DNA of 64,000 nt from Camelus ferus (taxonomy: Eukaryota): NCBI RefSeq assembly GCF_009834535.1, contig NC_045707.1, forward strand, positions 15,996,001-16,060,000, written 5' to 3'. Shown in pieces: positions 39,101 through 49,815 of this stretch; within the stretch, counting starts at the first letter, position 1, and every line of letters begins with the position of its first letter. The notes under the pieces are model-generated. The model saw only the letters and a program-made list of their open reading frames with translations. It did no database searches and was not told the DNA's origin. The translations under genes and the position numbers were made by a program.

Positions 39101-39829
39101 CCATAAGCTTTTAAACTCACTCCTTACTCATTTGGATCCTTTATCACATAACAAAAAGAGTGATAAGGTGACTTGATGTAACCAAGTGTCTGGCCTTATG
39201 TAAATTCCCTGTCAGCAAATCAAAGGAGTTTACAAAAGCTTTCAGAGATCTTTCTGTGTTACCTGCTTTTCCCCACAAGCACCCCGTCCTGAGCCTGCAC
39301 AGGGTAGAGTCAGGTATAATGTTAGATACTACTGTGCTCTTTGTCATCATGGATTTTTGTCCACAGTCACAGTGATCATCCTGGCATAAAATACAGACAT
39401 GGGACTGACCTTAAACAAGTCAGAGAGTGCATGAAGAGGATGAAACTAAGCTAGAATATTTGTACTGCACTGACTAAGATGCACTAGTTACTTTGGGAAG
39501 AGTTGCTCAGTTCCAGACTGGCTGGAAGTTGCAGTTGTTGCCTGTAGGGCATCTCCACTGTTGATTGGGCGGTTTGGTAGGAGCAGCCTATTCCAAGGTG
39601 TAACTTTAAATAGTGTCAGTGACCTTCTGTGGGCTGGACGAGCATTCGTTTGTCCTTGAAACCTATCAACCATCTCACAGGCACAGTGAAATATTTGCAT
39701 GGAATTAATGACGTACAGTGAGCATTCCCACGAGAAACAAACGTTGTTGGCTTTCCACCCTTTACCAGTTTCCTGTGGTAATGAAAATCACATTTGCAGC
39801 TTTCAAGTTGATCTGTTTCAACTCCTCAG

Positions 39830-39944
39830 GGTCTGTGTCATCCTGTGATGCCTTCCTGAGTCTGTTCCAAAGCCATGGTCTGAAACCTGAGGCCATCTGT
39901 CCATGTGCCACTTCTGCTGAAGCCATGACTGTCGCAATCCGCAG
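39830..39944 (+). CDS. DIP2B: DIP2B exon ~17 (115 nt): (W)SVSSCDAFLSLFQSHGLKPEAICPCATSAEAMTVAIR(R)
   Basis: actcctcag|GGTCTG ... CGCAG|gtattt. Confidence 0.97.
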
Positions 39945-40502
39945 GTATTTTTCACAGTGTTGGTGCTCTTGGTGTATGTTAACAGCTTTGATCAAATGTG
40001 CAAAACTGACCAGGCGGTGACAAGGGGTACTATCTAATTTTCTGCTTCATAAGCCGGAAAGTGAAAATGACTTTGTAAAGCAGTTTGAAGCATCTCATTT
40101 ATTTTTCCCACTCTTGCCCTAAGTATAACTGATAAACTGAAATTTCACTTTAATTATTACCATATATGTGAATTGTTTCTTTTCCAGTCTTATTTTGTTC
40201 TTCAGAATCCTTAGTTAGCATCTTAGACTGGAAATAGACTGTTCTTGACTGTAGCTTACGTACCTATATATGTAGTACACCCTAGCTGATATATTAACTG
40301 ATTAAAATTTACTTTTCCACCTGAGTGAAAGTTGACCATGCTTTGCACATGTGAATTTTGATTAATTTGGCATGTTATTGATAGAGAAAATGAGAATTTG
40401 TGTGTGAGTGTTAGCCAGAGGAAATTTCCTTCCCTACATACTCATACTTTTATCTTAATAACATTTAATTTGCCAAATTTGATGAGTTTATTTTGTTTTC
40501 AG

Positions 40503-40642
40503 ACCTGGAGTTCCAGGGGCCCCTTTGCCAGGAAGAGCCATTCTCTCCATGAATGGATTGAGCTATGGGGTAATACGGGTCAATACTGAAGATAAAAATT
40601 CAGCACTGACGGTCCAGGATGTGGGACATGTAATGCCCGGGG
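40503..40642 (+). CDS. DIP2B: DIP2B exon ~18 (140 nt): PGVPGAPLPGRAILSMNGLSYGVIRVNTEDKNSALTVQDVGHVMPG
   Basis: gttttcag|ACCTGG ... CCCGGGG|gtgagt. Confidence 0.97.
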
Positions 40643-41279
40643 GTGAGTTCTCAGGAACTCCATTCAGTTTGTCATAAAGATTTGTCTTTAGAGAGAGTAG
40701 AGCCTGATAAAATATGAGATCCAAAACCAAAATTTAATACTTAGTCACTTAATTTTTCAAAGCCTCTCTAATAGTTAGGTGATTCTAGTTATACCTACCT
40801 TCCAGCAGAATTGTAGGATTTAATTGTGAATGCTTCAGTTACAGTTGTTCACATGGAAAGCTAAGTACTGAGTGACCCTAAAATTGTCTGGTTTTCACTG
40901 TAATTGCCAAAACATTGGGGCAGGCAGAAAGTTAGAGTACACTGCTTCTTGTGCATGTTTGAGTTTGATCTAGGGAAGGGTAAATTAAGTTAATCTGTTT
41001 CTTTGAACTTCAATGAGTCACTGTCTTTAAAACCTCCAGTCTGCATCTATTGTATGTTTTATTTGCTGAATTTAGAAAATTATTTGTTTATTATCAGGGC
41101 TAAAAGATGGAAATTTCAGATATACTTATGTAGTATCAGATCTTTTCTTATCCTTCCTGTTTGGCATTCTTTCTTAATGCCACTCAGTAAATGCACGAGT
41201 TTCCTGGGTTCATAAGGACGAAGCTGTTTTTGTGAAGGTTTTCCAGACTGTCCCTTGACTGCACTTTTCTGTACACTAG

Positions 41280-41416
41280 GGATGATGTGTATTGTGAGAC
41301 CCGATGGACCTCCCCAACTCTGCAAAACGGATGAAATTGGAGAAATCTGTGTCAGCTCCAGAACAGGAGGGATGATGTACTTCGGGCTTGCTGGTGTGAC
41401 AAAAAATACATTTGAG
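41280..41416 (+). CDS. DIP2B: DIP2B exon ~19 (137 nt): (G)MMCIVRPDGPPQLCKTDEIGEICVSSRTGGMMYFGLAGVTKNTFE
   Basis: gtacactag|GGATGA ... TTTGAG|gtacac. Confidence 0.97.
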
Positions 41417-41502
41417 GTACACAGTGTTACAGGTTCATGGGGAAAATGTTGGGTGAGGTCAGGGGGTCCCTAGGGCAGCTGCGTCAGCTGATGGGAAGTA
41501 CC

Positions 41503-41730
41503 ACGGTGTAGCGCTCAATTGTGTGCTCAGAGCCAGACCACTGGTTCCAGCCCTGTCCCTGCCACTCATTCACTGACCTCTGGCAAGTTGCTTAACCTCT
41601 CTGTGCCGTAGTTTCCTTCTCTTGAAACTGTGAGGAATCATAGCGTCTACCTCAGGACTGTTGAGAGAACTAAGTGAGTTAATGTTGATAAAGTGCTCAG
41701 ACCAGCACCTGGCACACAGGAAATGCTGTG
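41503..41730 (+). mobile_element. Near full-length MIR SINE
   Basis: ggcaagttgcttaacctctctgtgccgtagtttcc...gcacctggcacacagg. Confidence 0.85.
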
Positions 41731-42350
41731 GTTTATCTGTTAAATATATAAAGAGTTTAAGAGGCTGCCCCAAAATTCACTCTGGTGCATGTGCCATGGT
41801 TTGGGCTGCATAAACCCCAGGATTTAATTCTGAGAGAGCAGTGAGGATGGGTCTGCCTCTCAGGAGTTGGCTCGAGCTAGCCCAGCTTGTAAAGATTGAT
41901 GTAAACCAGAATGCCAGCTCCCTACTGAACCTGAAAGCCGATCCTGTCACGGGGGCAGATTGCTTCCATTATTCAGTCTTTCAGTCAGAGAAATATTTGT
42001 TGAGTACCGTCTGTGTGTCTGGCACTATTCTAGATGCACGTGGTATACATCAGGAAAACAAACAAAACTCCTCAGATAGCTCATATTCCAGTGGAAGTAG
42101 CACATCATTTTCCTGCAGGCAGTTCTGCATGTGAAGCTGAATTATAACAAAAGTTTGTCTAGTGAGCCTGGAAATCAGAGCAGGCGTAATTAATTGTCTA
42201 TGTGTCATAATTGGGGTTAACCTGCCTCAGGGTACTTTTTAGGGAATGGAAGACTCCAGTGTACGGGCCATGTCCCCTTCACACTAGACAGGGCTCATAT
42301 GACCTCTGCCTGTTTTCAGTTCTTTGAGCTTTCCTTTCCTATAATCTAGA

Positions 42351-42503
42351 CTGGTGGTTCTCAGTCTTGGTATGGCAGAGCATGTCTGTCTACCATCCGA
42401 TTTGAAAATCAGTGCATGTAGTTATATAATAATAGGTGTAAATAGCGGGAGAGTGTTATCTACATGAATGGTGTGGGGGCTGAAAAAGGTTAAGAACTCC
42501 TGG
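42351..42503. mobile_element. hAT-type MITE relic
   Basis: Degenerate TIRs ggtggttctca ... ttaagaactcctg (cf. cagtggttctcaa). Confidence 0.45.
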
Positions 42504-43479
42504 GCTGTCCATCATCTGTTTACACAGCCTAAGATGGTATAATATAAATTATAAAGTGTCTATTGTTACCATCATCTTCATCATCACTACTCCATTCCTG
42601 GCCTGGCTTCAAAGGTTGTGACCAGTTCCCTTTGATAGCAGTGGACATTCATAAACTCTTAAGGCATATGTTTACTGCCATCCCTCTGGTTTACTTTCAC
42701 AGGGGACTAATTACCTCTGTTGAATGTATATTCATTTTACTAATTTAAATCTCACCTTATTTCTCTTACCTTTGAATGCTTGGACTACATATGTTTCCAA
42801 TGTCTGAGTTTTTCTTCATTGCATTTTCCTTACGATGAACAACATCCTCGAGCAGGGTTTGATGATGCTAATAGTATTTTATTACATGGCCTTTCCTGGG
42901 AGAGCAACTGCCTAGCCAAAATTCTCAGATTTAATACTGAATTGCTAGGTCCATAGTGATGAAGAAATTTTGAAATCTGCAGTATAAATTTAATGATATT
43001 GTGAAGTAGAGTAAAAATCCTAACCAAAAAAGGAGAAAACTCTACTGCTTTGGTTTTGCAAATTAAAGTTTCTAATATTTTTCTCACTGAATTTTTATAT
43101 TTAAACCTGGAGAGAATTTTCCAATGTGGTTAACATTTCACTAGGACTAAAGACCAAGTAATGACTGGTCAGAAAATAAAAGTGTATTTTAAAAATAAGC
43201 TCCTGGTGAGGAAAACTTTGTAGCACATATCAACACAGAGAGCTAATTTTCCATCTTCATCCCTTACTAGCCAGCTATTTGATATGAGGCAAATGAAACT
43301 CTCTGTGCCTTACTTTCTCATCTGTAGAATGAAAGTATTCATTCTGTTTCATACAGTTTTCTTAAGGATTAACTGGACAATATTTACACCTCTGTGTGGC
43401 ACATGATCAGTATTTAATAGATGTTACCTTTTCTTATAATTGTTCCCTATATAAAAACAGAAATCTTAAAAATTAAAGG

Positions 43480-44465
43480 GAAAACTGCAATCAAATAGAA
43501 AAAAATAGACAGGACACATGGATAGACTATTCACAAAAGAAATACAAATGGCCAGGAAACAAAGGAAAAGAGATTCATCCATATTAGTAATAAAGAAATA
43601 CAATTAAAATAATAGCAGGGTACCTTTTTTTGTCTACCAGATTGGCAAAGTTTAGAAAAACTGATAACATATAATACTAGCCAGAGTCTAGGAAAAATAT
43701 TCTAATACAGCATTGCTGGAGTGTAAATTGCTATAGTAATTTTGTACAACAGCCTGTTAAAATGGAAAAGACTCATGCCTTTTGTATAAATGCACAGAAA
43801 TATGTACAATAGTATTCAGTAAAGCACTGTTTGTAATAGTGAAAAATTAGAATGACCTATCTAGCCAGAAAGACTGGTTACATTCTAATAGTACTAACTC
43901 TGATGGTTTCCTGAGTACTGATCTGGTCCAGGCCATGAGTTTATGTCTGCAAATCTGTTTATATTCTTTAAAGCGAAATGAGAGGCACTGGGAGTTCCAA
44001 TTTATGACCAAAGAAACTGAGGTTTAGAGAAGTCCAGGAAACCTGCCCAAAGTCCACATTACTAGTGAGTGGCGGAGCCAGAAATTGAACCTACATCTTA
44101 TTCCAAGGGCTATATTATGCCATCCCCAATGTGATGGTTTATTATAGGACTCCTGTACAAAGGGAGCTAGATTGACTGTTACCAGCTTATAATAAAGGTA
44201 TCCAAAATACATACATTATGTGAAATACATACATTATGTGAAATACATATATTATGTATATATAATACAGAATATGTGAAAAAAGCAAGTTGCAAAACAG
44301 TATGTGTAATATGATCCTTTTTTAAAAAAAATTCTTATGTTAATACATGAATCTAAAAAAGTCCGGAGAGATAAACAGCAAGTTATACTTGTTATCTCCT
44401 AAGGGGGTGGGATTACTGGATTCACCATTTATATAATTTTAATTTTCAACAAGCATGTATTTAAA
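43480..44465 (+). mobile_element. Old L1 (L1ME-like) fragments interrupted by other sequence, including a MIR piece at ~44020-44090
   Basis: gactattcacaaaagaaatacaaatggcc, ccagattggcaaagtttag and gcaaaacagtatgtgtaatatgatcc. Confidence 0.6.
44205..44257. repeat. 18-nt tandem repeat, three copies (aaatacatacattatgtg)
   Basis: Two perfect copies and one copy with a c>t change that lacks the last base. Confidence 0.9.
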
Positions 44466-44516
44466 AGTCTTCTTTAAAAAGCTAAGATTTTTACTTTCTT
44501 CCTTCTGTCTTTTAAG

Positions 44517-44597
44517 GTGATTCCAGTGAATTCTGCAGGCTCCCCTGTTGGGGATGTCCCATTCATCCGGTCAGGATTGCTGGGCTTTGTAGGGCCG
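44517..44597 (+). CDS. DIP2B: DIP2B exon ~20 (81 nt): VIPVNSAGSPVGDVPFIRSGLLGFVGP
   Basis: cttttaag|GTGATT ... GGGCCG|gtaagt (AAG acceptor). Confidence 0.97.
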
Positions 44598-45329
44598 GTA
44601 AGTGATGGTTTCATGTTTGTTTTGGTGCATCTGTTCCAATTATTTGCAGTTTAGCTCACAGAACAAATTCTTATCGGTCCAAGAGTGTTACACGGCCACT
44701 TAACTTATGTTTAGAGCAGTTCCTGTAAAAGTGTCTAAAGTTAGTTAATGTTTATTACTTCCGTTACCCAAATTCATTTTATTCCTTCAGATTAAGATAT
44801 TATTTTTTATTTTCAAAACTCTTTTCATTTATTCTTGCTACCTTGCTTTGATTTGATTAAAATGTTTCAAATAAGTTAGAAGAGTTAGAAATAAGTTACT
44901 TTCAGTGGCAAAGGGAAACCATAATAAATAACGCAAAAAGCGCTTTCACACAGATTATTAGTACTACACCATGTGTAACAGAAAATTCTTTGAATGAAAA
45001 CAATATGTTTTTCAGCATATGGATATTTACAGGCACTAGGTTTACAGAGAGAATTAGGATGCAAAACCTATTGTCAGAGAGTTCGCAGTTAGTTTCATGA
45101 GCCAATAAGGAAGGCAGAGAGCCAGAGCATGAAGCGCTTTGCATGACATAATGGGAGGTTTGGATTTTGTTTTGTAACTAATAGGCATCCATTATCATAG
45201 TTGAGCCCACACACCTCCATCCATGTCTAATTACCTTCTTACTCTCCTCCTCTTAACAGTTCAAATTATATAAGAAAAGATCTGATTTTATTTTATTTCT
45301 TCCCCACCATTTATGGCTGGTTGTGGGAG

Positions 45330-45890
45330 TGACAGCATTCCCCTAAGAGAATTGCTCTCCTAGAAAGAGACATCTACAGCTACTGTCTTGACTTCTTCAC
45401 TCAACACCGAGAAATTCTCAAAGCCCCAGCTCCATTCCACTATTGAGCCCCACAATGTAGCTTTAGCCATCACATCTGCATTCCAGGAAGCAGGATAGAG
45501 GACAGGGCACAGCCCTTAACATTATTTTCTTGAGGGTGGAGAGTATAGCTTAGTGGTAGAGTACATGCTTAGCGTGCATGAGGCCCTGGGTTCAATCCCC
45601 AGTACCTCCGTTAAAGAATAAATAAATAAAAATATATAAACCTAATTACCTACCCCCCAAATTAAAAATACATAAATAAAACTTAAAAAAAAATTGTCCC
45701 CTTAAGGAAGAGTCCCTGGAGCTGCTGAGCAACCCTTCTGCTTATATCTCGGTCTTCTGAACTAGTCACATGGCTACACATAGCTGCAAGGGAGACTGAA
45801 ATGCAGTCTTTATTTTGGTCAGTCTTGCCCAGCTAGAAATTTTGTTACTATGAAAGAAATGCAGGGGCATTGAGGGACTAGCAGTGACTG
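45330..45890. mobile_element. MLT1 (ERVL-MaLR) LTR split by a Vic-1 SINE
   Basis: gccatcacatctgcattccaggaagcagg...gtcacatggctacacatagctgcaagggagactg resembles MLT1J/K. Confidence 0.75.
45534..45693 (+). mobile_element. Vic-1-type SINE, long form
   Basis: gagtatagcttagtggtagagtacatgcttagcgtgcatgaggccctgggttcaatccccagtacctcc, aataaa tail, cctaattacctaccccc. Confidence 0.93.
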
Positions 45891-46740
45891 TCTTGTTGTC
45901 TTTATTTACTTCCACCATAGCACTTTCCAGACTGTTGGAAATGGCTGGTTCTCTTCTGTCTTCTGGGATGACAGTAGCTCCCTGAGACTAGAGGTTATGT
46001 CTTGCTTACATAGCCCAGTCGTTGTATGGCACTCCATTGTGCTTAGTAAATCCATGAGTGACATTCAAACAGAGATGACTACTGGATAACTGAATATATG
46101 CAAATGGTCCGAGAAATTTAGGAATTCTGTAACAAATGAGTCTGGGAGAATTATTGATAATAATTATATGAAATAATAAATAATAGAATTATTTTTACAG
46201 TGATGCTTTTAGGGCATTGACAGCAGACTTTCCTGTAGCTCAGTTATTTTATTAAAAAGAAGAGGCCTCTATAATGTTCCTTAGACCTTTCTTCATTAAC
46301 TTTAATCTTGCCAGATGGAAACATTACCCTTATAAATCTGAGACATTCATTCCTACATTAAAACTGTTTTAATCTTTTCCTGATTCCAGTGTTAAATGAC
46401 CTACCAGCTTTCTGCATCCATCCTATAAATAACTATAGAAGATGAACTAATACATAATCGTGGCTGGGAAGATAAACTGGGCTCATGTGGCATCCTAGCT
46501 GCTTTCTTATAAAATTCCTCCCTAAGAATGAATATGAATGGAATCCCTTCTTATGAACTGTTAAGGCCCCATTAACTGAGAGATGCCACTGATTTCTGAG
46601 ATGTTGAAATGTCAAACACTTAGAATCTATAAAATATGGTATTGTTTTCTTTCTTACGTTTTTGATGACATTTATTTCAAGGCTAGAGGTAAAATGTCTT
46701 TTTTACTATTTAAATTATGTAAATCATTGTTACCTTGCAG

Positions 46741-46868
46741 GGCAGCTTGGTGTTTGTGGTTGGAAAAATGGATGGGTTACTGATGGTTAGCGGTCGAAGA
46801 CATAATGCTGATGACATTGTTGCTACTGGATTGGCTGTTGAATCAATAAAGACTGTGTACAGAGGAAG
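46741..46868 (+). CDS. DIP2B: DIP2B exon ~21 (128 nt): GSLVFVVGKMDGLLMVSGRRHNADDIVATGLAVESIKTVYRG(R)
   Basis: ccttgcag|GGCAGC ... GGAAG|gtgagt. Confidence 0.97.
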
Positions 46869-47688
46869 GTGAGTAGTATGAAATTCATATATTCGCACTT
46901 GCAGTGGAATCTTAAGATACCGTTATTGGGTGATTTGTTTTCTGTAGATTCTCTTTCCAAGTGATAAGGTTGTTTTGGTTAAGCATAGCCAACCTGGGCT
47001 TTGAAGATTTATCATAAAATGTCTGGTTCTTTAGCTATAATTGAGAGGAATAAGATAATATCCTGTACTTCAGTTTTTAATTACTGTTTGTTGAATCCTG
47101 AGGACTAAGGAGATTCTAAAGCCTTGAATCTCCTACATCCCTTCAATACAGAAGTAGTCCCAGTCAGTCTAACTGGGATAGATGCTACTCTGTAGGAGTT
47201 TTGCATCTAAGAGTTGCTTCTCTTACTTGACTCTTAACTAAATTATTATACCATTTTAATGCAGAGATTGACATAGTACATAAGCGCAGATTTCAGATTC
47301 CATGAATGAAGTCAGTTAGATACCCTTTTTTCTTTGCTTATTAATTCAAGAAAAGGTATTTGATATATATTTGAGTCACTGATGTTAGTAGTTTACAATC
47401 ATGGATATATATCTTTAAAGCAATCTTGGTGTACCTTAGTTTTGGAAGAAATTAGAAAAATTAATGAAACTAGTTAGAGAACCAGTTCCTGAAAGGTGTG
47501 GTTTTTTATAATGGTGTGACTTCCTAAGAGATGTAAACTCTACAGGGTGCAGTTATATCCCCAGCACTCAGCACAGCCCCTGGAACACAGTAGGTGTTCA
47601 GTTAATATATGTGGATGGAAGGCAGGAAGGGAGGGAGATGGCCCGGCTTGCTGGCACACTCAGCTCTCCATTGACTTCCCATTATTTC

Positions 47689-47963
47689 ATACATTCATTC
47701 AGCAAATATTTATTGGGTGCCAACTGCTTGCCACTGTTCTAGATGCTCAGGGGTGGCAGTGAACAAAACAGGCCAGGTGTCTGCCCTGGGGAAGCCCACA
47801 TTCTCACTGGGGGAACAGAAGGTAACCACGTAGGGAACTAGGTAACAGGTGAGCTGGTGAGGAGCGCCGTGCAGGTATGACACACAGGGTGGGGGGGTGC
47901 CTGCGGGTCTGTGTGGGGTGGTCTGGGAATGCCTCACCAGTAAGGGGACGTTCGAGCGGAGAC
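47689..47963 (-). mobile_element. L2a 3' fragment (left arm of inverted pair)
   Basis: cattcattcagcaaatatttattggg...ggggtggtctgggaatgcctcacc...gacgttcgagcggagacct. Confidence 0.8.
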
Positions 47964-48226
47964 CTCACTCAGAACATCCCCCACCCCCGGCCGACCAGGT
48001 CCGCGGTGAGCACCCGGGCTGGGTCTGACCTCTCCCCACCACTCTCTNNNNNNNNNNNNNNNNNNNNNNNNNNNNNNNNNNNNNNNNNNNNNNNNNNNNN
48101 NNNNNNNNNNNNNNNNNNNNNNNNNNNNNNNNNNNNNNNNNNNNNNNNNNNNNNNNNNNNNNNNNNNNNNNNNNNNNNNNNNNNNNNNNNNNNNNNNNNN
48201 NNNNNNNNNNNNNNNNNNNNNNNNNN

Positions 48227-48450
48227 NAGGGAGGCGCTCCCCAGCCACCCCGCCTTCATAGCACGCCCCCCGCACACCGCTGCGCCCCCCGCCTTGGTTT
48301 CCCCTAGTGTATATTACCACATGACATTATTTTACATTTATTTGTTTGTTCTGTCTCTGACACGCAAGCTCCACGAAGACAGGGACTGTCTTATTTATTG
48401 CTACGTCCCAACATTCACTACAGTGGTGCTTAATACATGTTTTTTGAGTC
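48227..48450 (+). mobile_element. L2a 3' fragment (right arm of inverted pair)
   Basis: gaggcgctccccagccacccc...gcaagctccacgaagacagggactg...aatacatgttttttgag. Confidence 0.75.
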
Positions 48451-48606
48451 CTCGTTTTGATGGTAATGATTGTGACATTTTCTTTTCTAAACTACTCATT
48501 CCTGGGCAGTGTGGTGGGGATGTCTCCTCTCTGTAATTCCAACTGAGCAAAGCAAATAGGACTGGTTGTGAAGGGAGTCCTGATGTGTTTGATCTGTCTC
48601 TCTTAG

Positions 48607-48721
48607 AATTGCTGTGTTTTCTGTGTCTGTATTTTATGATGAGCGCATCGTGGTGGTTGCGGAACAAAGACCCGACGCTTCCGAGGAAGATAGTTTCCAG
48701 TGGATGAGCCGTGTGCTGCAG
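48607..48721 (+). CDS. DIP2B: DIP2B exon ~22 (115 nt): IAVFSVSVFYDERIVVVAEQRPDASEEDSFQWMSRVLQ
   Basis: ctctcttag|AATTGC ... CTGCAG|gtgagc. Confidence 0.97.
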
Positions 48722-49289
48722 GTGAGCACACCTGGGGTCTTTGTTGGGGCAGTCGGCGTTGTCGTCAGAGGTGGCAGCAGCCAATATTTATTGGCTAGCA
48801 CCCAATAAATATTTGCTGAATTTTTCTTCAATGGACCACTTACACCACCTTATTTTTTTCCTTCCAGTCACTACTCACGTATTCTGGGTACTGTTAGCAA
48901 AATTAGATAACTAATACCAGGCCTCCTGGTGGCCCACATAGTATTTTTCTGGTCAGGTTGCCAAAAACAGTTGAATTGACTTGGCGCAGCAAGTTCTTTC
49001 ATTTTTTTGTGCCTGAGCATTTACTGCTTACGAACATTTTAACTGTCCAAATGTGGAACACACCTTTGACAGTAATCAGTCCCCATGTCAACAGTTGCAG
49101 TCTTATTACATGCTTTAAGTGGTGCCTAAAGTGCAGAGGATCCAGGGAGGTATAAGACCTTGCTCTTACTTGGCGGGAGCTTTGCTGTGGAGTTAGAGAT
49201 CTAGGTGAAATAAACCACTAATGGAGGAGGAAGAGTTGGGCTTAGTGTAAGGGGTATGTTTCTAGAGAGAGCAGGCTAAAATGATGAAA

Positions 49290-49815
49290 AGAGCCTGGTG
49301 TTCATTTAGAATCATACCGTGAACCCCAGCTCCACTCCCTACCACATAAGTGCTTTAGGCAAGTTACTTAACATCACTGAGTGTAGTTCCTAATCTGTAA
49401 AGTGGGGATAAAATTATCTATATTACAGAGCTGTTGAAAGAATTAATTGATGGTAATTAGATAATGAATTGAAATATTTAGTGCCTGCATTCAGTAAAAG
49501 ATGATGGCGATTATGTTTAACATAAAATAGAATAATCATATGCCTAATCTCCAGTGAGGAGTTTATAGAGAGGCCCATCTATCTTAAGTAACATTCCCTT
49601 CCACTCTGTCACCTCACTCTTCTGTATTTTTCTAACTAGTATTTATCAGCATATATGTGTTTATATTTATTGTTTTCTGCATCCACTGTAATATAAGCCT
49701 CATGAAGGCCAAGACTTTGTCTCTCTTGTTCCCTGCTCAGCCCCCAGAATCAGACAGCATCAGGCCAGCACATCATCAGAGTAGGCTCAGTAAATATTTG
49801 TTGGATAAATAAATG
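49290..49815 (+). mobile_element. MIR (~49290-49510) followed by an L2 3' end (~49560-49815)
   Basis: taggcaagttacttaacatc...; aagcctcatgaaggccaagactttgtc...gtaaatatttgttggataaat. Confidence 0.8.

Noticed and set aside
39769-39777. Apparent 9-nt microexon ctttaccag|TTTCCTGTG|gtaatg
   Set aside because: The downstream intron would be only 52 nt, below the usual mammalian minimum; as an alternative acceptor it frameshifts.
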